This document shows positions 17,940 through 27,649 of a DNA stretch of 64,000 bases, in pieces (the stretch's first letter is position 1; each line of letters opens with the position of its first letter). The notes under the pieces are model-generated. The model saw only the letters and a program-made list of their open reading frames with translations, was not told where the DNA came from and ran no database searches. The stretch is taken from contig OY730476.1 of the NCBI GenBank assembly GCA_963422735.1, forward strand, positions 416,001-480,000, written 5' to 3'. The position numbers and the translations under genes were made by a program. Origin of the DNA: Candidatus Latescibacterota bacterium. GTDB taxonomy: Bacteria > Latescibacterota > UBA2968 > UBA8231.

Positions 17940-19262
17940 ATGGACGCAGATATAGACCCTGGAGCCTTGCACGTCGTCGAGACCTTGCGCCGAGCCGGCT
18001 TTCAAGCCCTGCTAGCTGGTGGTTGTGTGCGCGACTTGGCGTTGGGACGCGTGCCCAAGGACTGGGATGTGGCTACGGATGCTAGGCCGGAAGAGGTGGC
18101 AGCGCTCTTTGAGCACACGGTGCCGATAGGTGTGCAGTTTGGCATCTCGGTGGTGGTGCTCGACGAGGGCGACTACGAAGTAGCGCGCTTCCGCCGCGAC
18201 GGCTCGTACCGCGATGGCCGCCGTCCCGCATCCATTGGATTGGCCGATGTCTGCGCTGACGCCCAACGCCGCGATTTTACCATCAACGGCCTGTTCTACG
18301 ACCCGGAGAGCGGCGCGATCTTCGATCACGTCGGTGGGCAGCGCGACCTTCACGCCAAGGTCATCCGCGCCATCGGCGCCCCGGCCGCGCGCTTTGCCGA
18401 AGACAATCTGCGCCTGTTGCGGGCCGTGCGCTTTGCCGCTCGGCTCGGCTTTACCATCGAACCCACGACGTGGGACGCGCTCTGCGCTTGGGCCGAGTGC
18501 ATTGCCAGTGTCAGTGCCGAGCGCCTCCGCGATGAGCTAACCCTGCTGTTGACTGAGGGCGAGGCCGTGCGCGGCTTGCGCCTTTTGGACCAGTCTGGCC
18601 TGCTGCAAGCCGTGCTGCCGGAAGTCGCGGCCATGCGGGGCGTACCGCAAGACGCTGAATTCCATCCCGAAGGCGACGTGTGGACCCACGTCCAGCTCCT
18701 CTTTGAACATCTCGACAAGCCGTCGGCTGAGCTGGCTTGGAGCGCGTTGCTCCACGATATTGGCAAGCCGTCCACTATGGTGCGAGCCGAGCGCCTCCGC
18801 TTCTACGGCCACGACGCGGTCGGGGCCAAAATGGCGGCTGTGATCTGTGGGCGGCTGCGGATGTCCAACGAGGCGCGCGAGCGCATCCGCGTGCTCGTGG
18901 CTGACCACATGCGGATCGGCCATGTGCGCCAGATGCGCCCGAGCACGTGCGCGCGTCTGTTGCGCGAGCCGCACTTTCCCGAGCTGCTCCAATTGCACCG
19001 CGCCGATTGCTTGGCCAGCCACGGTAAGCTCGACCTATACGAGTTTTGCCAAGAGCAGTTGGCCAACTTAAAAAAGGAACATCTGCGCCCGTCAGCTCTG
19101 CTCACAGGCGACGACCTCATCGCCTTGGGCTTTGCTCCCGGGCCACTGTTTAGGGAAATTCTCACTGCCGTCGAGGACGCTCAGTTGGAAGGGCAACTCG
19201 ATAACTACTACGCCGCGCTGCATTTTGTGCGGCGCAAATTCATCGCAGAGCCCGCCGACTAG
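17940..19262 (+). CDS. cca: CCA tRNA nucleotidyltransferase with HD domain
   Basis: GGCVRD..DWD, RRDFTIN, EDNLRLLRAVRF, HPEGDVWTH, LLHDIGK. Confidence 0.92.
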   Translation: MDADIDPGALHVVETLRRAGFQALLAGGCVRDLALGRVPKDWDVATDARPEEVAALFEHTVPIGVQFGISVVVLDEGDYEVARFRRDGSYRDGRRPASIGLADVCADAQRRDFTINGLFYDPESGAIFDHVGGQRDLHAKVIRAIGAPAARFAEDNLRLLRAVRFAARLGFTIEPTTWDALCAWAECIASVSAERLRDELTLLLTEGEAVRGLRLLDQSGLLQAVLPEVAAMRGVPQDAEFHPEGDVWTHVQLLFEHLDKPSAELAWSALLHDIGKPSTMVRAERLRFYGHDAVGAKMAAVICGRLRMSNEARERIRVLVADHMRIGHVRQMRPSTCARLLREPHFPELLQLHRADCLASHGKLDLYEFCQEQLANLKKEHLRPSALLTGDDLIALGFAPGPLFREILTAVEDAQLEGQLDNYYAALHFVRRKFIAEPAD

Positions 19263-19279
19263 TCGGCGGGCTCTGCGAT
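19242..19279. repeat. Perfect 38-bp palindrome across the cca stop codon
   Basis: ATCGCAGAGCCCGCCGACT|AGTCGGCGGGCTCTGCGAT, no spacer. Confidence 0.9.
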
Positions 19280-19344
19280 CTGGTCCAAGAGGCGTAGCTG
19301 GGCGGGCGGATAGCTAGATAGGAGACCGAAGGGTGTGCGTTCAC

Positions 19345-19650
19345 TTATACCGGCTGGTGCTCTGCCGGCGACATTAGGTACAGCCCGCTCCAGCCCTCCG
19401 CACGGACTTGACGCACTTGCTCGGCAGCCAATTCGACGCCCGCTTTAGCTTGGTCGGCCGGGTCCGCATACACGGCCAGCTTGGCAAAAATCTCTTCCGG
19501 TACAACCACCCCGGGTACCTCGGCAATGCGCCGGGCGTGTTCCAACCCTCGCAGCACCATCACCTCCACAACGATCGGCCCTTGGGCGCGATAGGCGGTC
19601 AAAGATCGGCTGGGTCATTACGTAATCGGGAGTACAGCCATTTTTCTTAA
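19345..19650 (-). pseudogene. Methylenetetrahydrofolate reductase (MetF-like) C-terminal remnant
   Basis: PDYVMTQPIFD, then after a frameshift EVPGVVVPEEIF...GVELAAEQV...GLYLM; no N-terminus. Confidence 0.65.
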
Positions 19651-19821
19651 TAGCTGGACGACAGGTAATGTGCCGGGTTGTTGCGGGAGCCTCCGGGGAT
19701 CGGTACAGGAAGTACCCGGCCCTCCCAAGGATGGTAAAATAAAGGTTCGTTTTCTTCGCGTATAATAGGGCCAAATCCATGCATTCCGCCCATGGTTGCT
19801 CCTAGGGTTTTGCACAACCGT

Positions 19822-21087
19822 TTAGCTGTCGTGGAGAGTTGCTGGATATCCGATGATCGATTGCCCAGCGGCGGGCGGCTCGATCTGGTCTAATAAATGT
19901 ATGACGTCTTTGGGCTGGACCTTATTGCGAAAAAAGAAGACCCCGCCAAGCACGTTCTTAAAATCATCCTCGCTGACATTGAGGTTGGACGAGACGGCCA
20001 CGAGCAAGTCCTTGCGCCGGGCTTGGCGCAGCTTTTCGAGCTTGCGCCGTAGATAATCCGGGCGCCAGTAGCCCATGATTTCCAACAGCGCCGTGCGCCC
20101 GTCGGGATGGCGGAAAGTGAAGTCTGGGATCATCACAGTCTCTTTGAGATTGACCACTTCGCTCTCGCGTTCGAGTTGCCAAGCGGTTTTGGCCTGGGCG
20201 AAGCGTGCGGCAAACGTTTCCTCCAGCAGGGAGTCGTACAGGGTCTGATCCCGGTAGTGAGAGACTAGGCCCGACTGGTCGTCGAGGACGAAGTGCTGGC
20301 GGCGGCCGTCCTTGCGGACAATATCGGCCTGCATCGACCAGCGGGTACACAGCAGCAGGGCTGGGAGGAAGACCGCCATTTGCAGGCCGTATTTTTGCGA
20401 GTGGCGGAACATGCTCACTGGGCCGTCGAGGGCAATCTCATAACCGGCATCGACATCGCCTTCGATGGTGTGAATCAGCCGGTAAAACTTGATGAACTTG
20501 AAAAGCTGTTTGTAGCGCACCGGCAGGTTTCGATACACGCTCAGACGCAGGATTTCGCAGCGGTAGAGCATGGCTTGGGCTAGTGCCACATTGTAGCGCA
20601 GGAGCAACTCGTTGGGCGAAGGTGCGGCAAAGGTCGCAAGCTGATGGTTTTCGGGTAGGTCGGCGTATAGCCCTGCGAGCACAGCTTCGCTGCTGATCTG
20701 GTGTTTGAGGGCGACCTGCTCCAGCAGGTCCTCGCGCTTGACTGGATAGATGAGACTAGGCTCGCGAACGACCGGATGGTGGGCGCGGGCTAAGGTAAAA
20801 ACGGCGCGGCGCAATTCTTCTGGGGGCTGGGGGCTGGCGACGTGGAATTCGCAGTAGTGGTCGCAGAGTAGCTTGGCGATACCGCGCTGAATGCGGTAGT
20901 CGGTGCGGTCCCCGGCGAGCACATCGAGGGCGTGTTGTAGCTCTCGCCGAGTTTTGCCTTGGTGTTCGGCGTGGATCTCGATGAGTGCTTGGGCTAGGTC
21001 GATGAGGGCCGGGTCCTCGACGGCGACATAGCGCGGTTCGATATAAGGGCCACGCGAGCGGGTCAGCAGGAGGTCCGAGGTCAGCAC
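19822..21087 (-). CDS. DUF790 (Bax1-like) endonuclease
   Basis: MLTSDLL, LYADL, RYNVALAQ, LDGPVS..KYG, IPDF...EIMGYW..YL..K. Confidence 0.85.
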   Translation of the reverse strand: MLTSDLLLTRSRGPYIEPRYVAVEDPALIDLAQALIEIHAEHQGKTRRELQHALDVLAGDRTDYRIQRGIAKLLCDHYCEFHVASPQPPEELRRAVFTLARAHHPVVREPSLIYPVKREDLLEQVALKHQISSEAVLAGLYADLPENHQLATFAAPSPNELLLRYNVALAQAMLYRCEILRLSVYRNLPVRYKQLFKFIKFYRLIHTIEGDVDAGYEIALDGPVSMFRHSQKYGLQMAVFLPALLLCTRWSMQADIVRKDGRRQHFVLDDQSGLVSHYRDQTLYDSLLEETFAARFAQAKTAWQLERESEVVNLKETVMIPDFTFRHPDGRTALLEIMGYWRPDYLRRKLEKLRQARRKDLLVAVSSNLNVSEDDFKNVLGGVFFFRNKVQPKDVIHLLDQIEPPAAGQSIIGYPATLHDS

Positions 21088-21092
21088 TGGGC

Positions 21093-22448
21093 TTACTCGT
21101 AGGCTTCGTGGCGGCGGCGGCGGTTACTGATGTGATCTTCGACCGTGTCCTTAGAGACTACTTCGTAGAGTACGGCTTCCTTGCCTTGGCGACGGCGGAG
21201 GATGCGCCCGAGGCGCTGGACGTGCTCGCGGATGGTCCCCGAACCGGAGAGGACTACCGCGACGTTGGCTTCGGGGATATTGACGCCCTCGTTGAGCACT
21301 TTTGAGGCGACGAGGGCGAGGTACTCCCCCTTGTTGAAGGCTTCGAGGATGGCCTTGCGCTCTCGAGTGCGGGTGCGGTGGGTAATGGCCGGGACCAAGA
21401 AGGTGCGGGAGATCTGATGGACGGTCTCGTTGTCGTTGGTAAAAATCAACACGCGGTCGCGCGGGTGGGCCTTGAGGATGTCTTCGAGGACGCGGAGCTT
21501 GGCGGTCGCGCCGAGTGCGAGCTGGCGGTGGCGGCGGTAGGCGTGCATAGCTCGCCGGCCGCTGGTGCTTTTGGCCGAGAGCATGACGAAGTGACGCCAG
21601 CCATCGGCCGTGCCGAGACGGATATGCTTGTCGGCGAGGAAGGCCCGGTACTCGTCGCGGGCGGCCTCGTACTGAACGCGTTCCTCGGCGACCATATCTA
21701 CTTGGCGGCGCTCGACGCGATACTCGGCCAAGTACTCGCCGGACAAGGCGCGGATGCCGCGCTCATAGGCTATAGGACCGACGAGGGTGTCGAGGAGCAC
21801 GTGGCGGCCATCGGCTCGTTCCGGCGTGGCAGTCAGCCCTAGGCGGTAGGGTGCTAGGCACATTTCGGCGGCGTGGCTGTACATTTCGCCGGGCAGGTGG
21901 TGGACCTCGTCAAAGACTATGAGGCCGAAGCGGTTGCCGTAGCGGTCCATCTGCATATAGGCGCTGTCGTAGGTGGCAACGGTCAGGTCGGCTAGCTCGT
22001 GGTAGCCGCCGCCGAGCAGGCCGACCTCGACGGCAAACGAGCGGGTGAGCAGGTCGTACCACTGGTTCATCAGGTCGATGGTCGGAGCGACGACGAGGGT
22101 GCTGCGCTGGACTTCTACCATAGCCATGAGTGCGACCTGCGACTTGCCCGTGCCAGTGGGCAAGACGACCACGCCGCGGCAGCCGTGCTGTTGCCAAGCA
22201 GCGATGCTTTCGGCTTGGTGCGGGTGCGGCTCAGGCGCGGTTCGCAGCTGCAGGGAAAGGGTATTATAGCGCGGGGCCGCATTCTTGAATGCGACTCCGT
22301 TTTGTTTGAGGTGTTCGACGCTTTCGCGGTAGAAGTGGGCTTGGGCGCGCCAGTGATCGACGCGCGCGTCCCAGACAAAGGCCGGAGGCGCGTCCTCTCC
22401 CCGATAGTCGCGCAGGAGCAGGGTGCCTTCTTCAAAGGTTAGACGCAT
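21093..22448 (-). CDS. XPB/Rad25-like SF2 helicase
   Basis: LPTGTGKS, DEVHHL, LTAT, VLNEGVNIP, QRLGRILR; start at ATG 22448. Confidence 0.9.
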   Translation of the reverse strand: MRLTFEEGTLLLRDYRGEDAPPAFVWDARVDHWRAQAHFYRESVEHLKQNGVAFKNAAPRYNTLSLQLRTAPEPHPHQAESIAAWQQHGCRGVVVLPTGTGKSQVALMAMVEVQRSTLVVAPTIDLMNQWYDLLTRSFAVEVGLLGGGYHELADLTVATYDSAYMQMDRYGNRFGLIVFDEVHHLPGEMYSHAAEMCLAPYRLGLTATPERADGRHVLLDTLVGPIAYERGIRALSGEYLAEYRVERRQVDMVAEERVQYEAARDEYRAFLADKHIRLGTADGWRHFVMLSAKSTSGRRAMHAYRRHRQLALGATAKLRVLEDILKAHPRDRVLIFTNDNETVHQISRTFLVPAITHRTRTRERKAILEAFNKGEYLALVASKVLNEGVNIPEANVAVVLSGSGTIREHVQRLGRILRRRQGKEAVLYEVVSKDTVEDHISNRRRRHEAYE

Positions 22449-22534
22449 AGACCCAGATTGATTAGGAGGAAGAGAAATGATACATTGGGGCCGCAAAGCG
22501 ATCAAGGCATCATCAACCAAGGAGACACAGCGAT

Positions 22535-23479
22535 ATGGACACAGCCCGAGTGGGTTTGGCTCGCGCCGGTGCGCGGCGGGCCAACGTATATCAAGCGCTG
22601 GATTGGGTGCGCGAGGACATCGAGTCGAATCTAGCCGCCCAAGTGATGCTCAAGCCGAACTTCCTATCCAGCGAAAATTCCCTCGCCTCGACCCATGCCG
22701 ACGCTATGCGCGGTGCCATCGACTTTCTGCTTAGCGCGGCGCAGCCGCCCGAGGAGATCGTCATTGCCGAAGGTGGCAACGAGAAGTTTTCGGGCGAGGC
22801 GTTTGCCAACTTCGGCTATGGGGCCCTAGTCGAAGAATACCCAGTGCCGATTCGCTTGGTCGATCTGCATCAGGAGACGCGGTGGGAAGAGACCGCGATT
22901 TACATGGCCGGCGGCATCGCGGCGGCTGTGCGGATGCCGAGCGTGGTCCTCGAATGCCCCTGCACGATCTCGGTGGCCGTAGCCAAGACCCACGACGTGT
23001 GCGTGGTTACTTTGGCGCAGAAGAACATGATCATGGGGACGCTGCACAAAGAGGATCGCATCAAGATGCATGGCTATCCCTCGCACGCCGAGCGCGTGTT
23101 GCCCAGCGAAGCCGAGGTACTCAACGTGAACTTGATCCGCTTGGCCCAGTATCTCAAGCCAGACATCGGAATCGTCGATGGCACGGTGGGCCTGCAAGGC
23201 AATGGACCCGGGGGAACCGATGCTGTGCCGATGGGAGCGGCGGCCGCGTCAGCCGATGTCTTTGCCGTGGATGCGGTCATGGCCAAGGCCATGGGTTTTG
23301 AGCCGATGGCACTAGGCCTTTTGCACTACGCCGACACCTTGGGCTACGGCGTGGCCGACTTGGACCGAATCGAGGTGCGGGGTGTGCCGATTGCGGAGGT
23401 CGCCTGCGCCTTCAAGCCGCACGAGACGACTGCGCAACAGATGCAGTGGCACAGCGCGGCGGCACAGTTTTTGCCATGA
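22535..23479 (+). CDS. DUF362 domain protein
   Basis: VMLKPN, KTH..VTLAQKN, G.QGNGP, AVDAV. Confidence 0.75.
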   Translation: MDTARVGLARAGARRANVYQALDWVREDIESNLAAQVMLKPNFLSSENSLASTHADAMRGAIDFLLSAAQPPEEIVIAEGGNEKFSGEAFANFGYGALVEEYPVPIRLVDLHQETRWEETAIYMAGGIAAAVRMPSVVLECPCTISVAVAKTHDVCVVTLAQKNMIMGTLHKEDRIKMHGYPSHAERVLPSEAEVLNVNLIRLAQYLKPDIGIVDGTVGLQGNGPGGTDAVPMGAAAASADVFAVDAVMAKAMGFEPMALGLLHYADTLGYGVADLDRIEVRGVPIAEVACAFKPHETTAQQMQWHSAAAQFLP

Positions 23480-24900
23480 CGCCTCCCAACATCCTCTGGA
23501 TCTGCACGGATCAGCAGCGCTACGACACGATCGGCGCACTCGGTTATTCCCACGTCGATACCCCCCATATCAACAGGCTAGTCGCCGAGGGCGTGGCCTT
23601 TACCCATGCCTATTGCCAAAGCCCGATCTGCACGCCGAGCCGCGCGAGTTTTCTCACCGGACAGTACGCCAGCGCCGTCCACATCAACGGCAATGGCCTC
23701 GATAGTTTTCCCGACTACCCGCCGCTGGTCACGCGGATGTTGGCCGAGGCTGGGTACGACTGCGGGCTGATTGGCAAGCTGCACTTGGCCAGTGCCTATC
23801 GCCGCATTGAGCCGCGCGTCAATGATGGGTATCGCTACTGGGAGTACAGCCACGCGCCTCGCGACGACTGGCCACAGGGGCACGGCTATGCCGACTGGGT
23901 GCGGGAAAAGGGGGAAGTCTTAGGCGAGTTGATGAAGCAATATCCCCACGGCTTGCCCGCCGAGTTCCACCAGACGACATGGTGCGCCGAGAAAACGATT
24001 GAGTTTATGCGCCAAAAACGCGATGGCCCCTGGCTGGCCAGCGTCAATATCTACGACCCACACCCGCCGTTTAATCCGCCGCAGAGCTACCGCGACCGCT
24101 TTGACCCAGCGGCCATGCCAGGGCCGCTGTTTGCCGACAGCGACTTGGCGCAGCAGGAAAAGCTAGCAGCGATTGATTTCCAGTCCAAGGGACGGCGGCC
24201 CGACCAACTCGATATTCGCGATCCTTTGCACAAAGACCGGCCGACGCCCGGGGCCGATGTGCGCGTGTTGCAGGCGGCGTACTGCGCCATGATTGAGCAG
24301 ATCGACGATCAAGTGGGCAGGATGCTGGCCGCGCTCGCAGACACGGGCCAGCGCGACAATACCGTGGTGATTTTTACGTCTGACCACGGCGAAATGCTCG
24401 GCGACCACGGGCTGATCCAAAAGGGTTGCCGCTTTTACGAGGGCTTGGTGCGGGTGCCGCTGATTTTTTCTTGGCCAGGGCACTTTGAGGAAGGCTTGGT
24501 GCGCGGTGATCTAGTTGAGCTGACCGACAAGGCGCCGACGCTTTTGGAGCTAGCCGGGCTAGAGGTGCCGGAGCGGATGACTGGCCGCTCGCTCTTGCCG
24601 ATTTTGCGCGGCGAGAGCGCAGCACCGCACCGCGACTTCATCCGATGCGAGTACTACGACGCGTTGGACGCGCCCGATGGGACCTTCGCCACCATGTACC
24701 GCGACGAGCGCTACAAGCTGGTACTCTACCACGGGCACGGCTTGGGCGAGCTGTACGACTTGGAAGAGGACCCAGATGAGTTCGAAAACATGTGGGACGA
24801 GCCGCAAGCACAACCGATTAAGTTGGAGCTGATGCAAAAGAGCTTCGACGCTTCGATGCTGGCGATGGACCGAGGGCCTCGGCGCGTGGGGCCGATGTGA
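23476..24900 (+). CDS. Sulfatase (formylglycine type)
   Basis: PNILWICTDQQR, CTPSRASFLTG, GKLH, SDHGEMLG. Confidence 0.92.
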   Translation: MTPPNILWICTDQQRYDTIGALGYSHVDTPHINRLVAEGVAFTHAYCQSPICTPSRASFLTGQYASAVHINGNGLDSFPDYPPLVTRMLAEAGYDCGLIGKLHLASAYRRIEPRVNDGYRYWEYSHAPRDDWPQGHGYADWVREKGEVLGELMKQYPHGLPAEFHQTTWCAEKTIEFMRQKRDGPWLASVNIYDPHPPFNPPQSYRDRFDPAAMPGPLFADSDLAQQEKLAAIDFQSKGRRPDQLDIRDPLHKDRPTPGADVRVLQAAYCAMIEQIDDQVGRMLAALADTGQRDNTVVIFTSDHGEMLGDHGLIQKGCRFYEGLVRVPLIFSWPGHFEEGLVRGDLVELTDKAPTLLELAGLEVPERMTGRSLLPILRGESAAPHRDFIRCEYYDALDAPDGTFATMYRDERYKLVLYHGHGLGELYDLEEDPDEFENMWDEPQAQPIKLELMQKSFDASMLAMDRGPRRVGPM

Positions 24901-25715
24901 TGGAGCGGCAGCAGCGGGTGACGCAGCGGCCGATCTGGCGATTCCGCGGGGCGGACAAAGCGGCCGCAGACGACCCAGTAACGGTCGAAGAGCCGCTGGA
25001 GATCCGCGTGGAGGAGACGCCGATCGCGGTTGTTATGCGCACCCCGCGTCACGACTTTGAGCTAGCGGCCGGCTTCTTGTGTACCGAGGGCCTGATCCAA
25101 GCGCCGCAGGAGCTAGGCGCGATCTCGTACTGCACGGCTGCGGAGCCGCCCAACGAGGAGAATATCGTCGAGGTCAAGCTGGCCGCTGGCGTGGACTTTG
25201 ATCGGCAGCGGCTCCAGCGCAACTTCTACGCCTCGTCGAGTTGCGGGGTCTGCGGCAAGGCCAGCATCGAGGCGATCACCTGCGAGGCCCCCGCGCTAAC
25301 GGGCGATTTTACCGTGCCGCTAGCCATGCTCTACGGCCTCGGCGACCGCATGCGCCAGGCACAGGATGTATTCGAACAAACCGGCTCGCTGCACGCGGCG
25401 GCCCTATTTGATCAAGCGGGCGACTTGCTCGTTTTGCGCGAGGACGTGGGTCGGCACAACGCAGTGGATAAGCTCATCGGCCACTACGCGCTGCGCAACG
25501 AGCCGGTGCCAAAAAAGAGCGTGCTGATGGTCAGCGGCCGCACCAGCTTTGAGATTGTGCAGAAGGCGCGGATGGTGGGGATGGCGGTGGTCGCGGCCGT
25601 ATCCGCGCCGTCGAGCCTAGCGGTAGATCTGGCGCGGGAATCGGGTATGACACTGTTGGGATTTTTGCGCGGGCGGGGGTTCAATGTGTATACCGGGGGA
25701 GAGCGGATCGGTTGA
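24897..25715 (+). CDS. fdhD: Formate dehydrogenase accessory sulfurtransferase
   Basis: MRTP..DFELAAGFL, SSCGVCG, EDVGRHNAVDK, SAPSSLA. Confidence 0.93.
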   Translation: MMERQQRVTQRPIWRFRGADKAAADDPVTVEEPLEIRVEETPIAVVMRTPRHDFELAAGFLCTEGLIQAPQELGAISYCTAAEPPNEENIVEVKLAAGVDFDRQRLQRNFYASSSCGVCGKASIEAITCEAPALTGDFTVPLAMLYGLGDRMRQAQDVFEQTGSLHAAALFDQAGDLLVLREDVGRHNAVDKLIGHYALRNEPVPKKSVLMVSGRTSFEIVQKARMVGMAVVAAVSAPSSLAVDLARESGMTLLGFLRGRGFNVYTGGERIG

Positions 25716-25811
25716 AGAACCTCGTGTCTGCCACCACCCTCCAGAATTGCGACCGGATCGCCAAGATCGATCATCCTCTGACGAAATGCTGCTGAATACG
25801 GAGAAACCACA

Positions 25812-26396
25812 ATGTTGGAAACAAGCTTTAACGAACTGATTGTTCAAACTATCGAATTGTACAAAGAAAAAAGGAAAGTCGATAAGGAGCTAGAAGAAAA
25901 GAAAGAAGCAATACGTCAGCACTCAGAGGGTAAAAAGAACAGGTTCTCTATTTCGGGCCTTGGCAAAATTTTAGTGGCGGCAAAAAGAACTAAAGGCCTT
26001 GATGTGGATATTGAAAACTTGAACAACCTTAACCGGGAACAACTCGCTTGGCTCATCAACAAGAATGTATTGAGACTTTCGTTAAATAAATCAGTTTTTA
26101 AGTCGCTCGATGAAAGGGCTAAGAAAGGCATTTTGGCCACGGGATGTATTAAGCAGATCGAATATGAAGATGGCCAGCTTAGGCAGCGGGTCTCCATAAG
26201 GGTTGAGGAGGATGAGGAAACTCGTGACACTAGGAATCTCCATGACTCCAACCTCCCCGATAGCCGGGCTGTAACTAACATTGAAGAAGAAATCGACGAA
26301 GAGTATGATGACGAAGCTGACTTGATCTCAAGGGACCGCGATGACGATCTCGACGAATTGGGACGGTCCCAAGAAGAAGGCTGGCCCTACCGCTGA
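25812..26396 (+). CDS. Orphan protein, low GC, acidic C-terminal tail
   Basis: GGAG RBS; visibly AT-richer than flanks; basic N-terminal half and D/E-rich tail. Confidence 0.6.
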   Translation: MLETSFNELIVQTIELYKEKRKVDKELEEKKEAIRQHSEGKKNRFSISGLGKILVAAKRTKGLDVDIENLNNLNREQLAWLINKNVLRLSLNKSVFKSLDERAKKGILATGCIKQIEYEDGQLRQRVSIRVEEDEETRDTRNLHDSNLPDSRAVTNIEEEIDEEYDDEADLISRDRDDDLDELGRSQEEGWPYR

Positions 26397-26439
26397 CGAT
26401 GACGACGAATCGTAACGCTATCATGCAGTACAAATCACC

Positions 26440-26665
26440 ATAAGAAACGTTGGCCGTCCGTGCCGCCTGGCAACGCCAGTCCATGGATGCATGCATTCCT
26501 CCGCGACGAGTTGGAACGAATCGCGTCGCGTTCCTCACTCGACGAGTGGCTGCACCAAGTTCGCGAGCGCAAGGAAACGGCGGAATCCGCAGCCGTCCGT
26601 TCAGTATTCTACAAGCCAGGATGCCGATAGAACGCGACTATTGTTGTTGATTCGTCCGCGTTAAA
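26440..26665 (+). pseudogene. vapBC-like toxin-antitoxin remnant
   Basis: Frameshifted antitoxin-like LAVRAAWQRQSM..FLRDELERIASRSSLDEWLHQVRERK, followed by the PIN-domain start TIVVDSSAL, then truncated. Confidence 0.55.
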
Positions 26666-26724
26666 CCTACCTCGGGGCGCAGTAAGCATCGTCGTTTAAT
26701 TTTTCTATGTAAAAGGAGAAGATA

Positions 26725-27597
26725 ATGGGCAAGAAAAAACAGGCTGAAAGACCGCAGCTCAAACTCTGTGCCGCAGCATGGACGTTGACCAACTACCCGT
26801 CCGAAGCCAAGCAGTGGTCAATGGACCGCAAAGTCCGTGCAGCCAAGGACGCTGGATTTGTTGGCTTCAGTGCCGGGGCCGATCCCGAGATCTCCGAGGC
26901 TTGCGCCAAGCACGGACTACAGCTCGTCGGCGGGGTTGATATAGCCACAGTAGAAGAAGCCGATCTGAAACTAGCGGCTTTCAAAAAAGCTGGTGCCGAG
27001 CATGTCAACATCCAGCTCTGCGACCACGACACGGCGATCCCCAAGGCGGTGACGGTGGCGCGGGCGGTGATGCAGGCGGGCAAAAAGCTCAAGCTCAAAC
27101 CGGCGATCGAATGGCACCGCGACACGTGTACGGAGACGCCAGAGAAGGGACTGGCGCTGGCGGCGCAGTACGAGAAACGCTACAAGGAAAAGCTGCGCAC
27201 CAACTTCGACCATTCGCACCCGGCGATTATCAAACAGCTACGGCCTGCCAATTTCTGGGAGCGCATCGCCGAGTACCGCCCCGATCTGCTCAAAATGAGC
27301 GAGTTGATTCACTTCCGCACCTTCACCGGCAGCCATTGTCAGACGCCAGTAACCAATAGCCGCGGGGTTCTAGACGCGGATTTTATTACTTGGCGCGACC
27401 ATTTCCTCAAGCATCTGCTCTACCACTGGGTCAAAGGACAGCGCGGAGCCACCGAGCTATGGGCCGTCGTCGAGCTGGGGCCGAAGGGTTCGGGCTACGC
27501 GCTCGACTGCTTTCCCGACGTGTGGAAGGACGCGATCGCCGCGCGCGGTGAAATCGAGAAGGCGTTTAAGGGGGCGCTGAGGAAAGCGGAGAAGTAG
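26725..27597 (+). CDS. Sugar-phosphate isomerase/xylose-isomerase-like TIM barrel protein
   Basis: AAGGAG RBS; IEWHRD, NFDHSH, IHFR, ELGP metal-ligand pattern. Confidence 0.65.
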   Translation: MGKKKQAERPQLKLCAAAWTLTNYPSEAKQWSMDRKVRAAKDAGFVGFSAGADPEISEACAKHGLQLVGGVDIATVEEADLKLAAFKKAGAEHVNIQLCDHDTAIPKAVTVARAVMQAGKKLKLKPAIEWHRDTCTETPEKGLALAAQYEKRYKEKLRTNFDHSHPAIIKQLRPANFWERIAEYRPDLLKMSELIHFRTFTGSHCQTPVTNSRGVLDADFITWRDHFLKHLLYHWVKGQRGATELWAVVELGPKGSGYALDCFPDVWKDAIAARGEIEKAFKGALRKAEK

Positions 27598-27649
27598 CTC
27601 TTTTGCCCTATCTTATGGAATTGCGCCGCTATTATGCCGCACTCTGCAA

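Noticed and set aside
19685-19726. GC-rich hairpin upstream of the metF remnant as a SAM/SAH riboswitch
   Set aside because: Pairing exists (GGGAG/CTCCC, GTAC/GTAC) but no recognisable riboswitch core.
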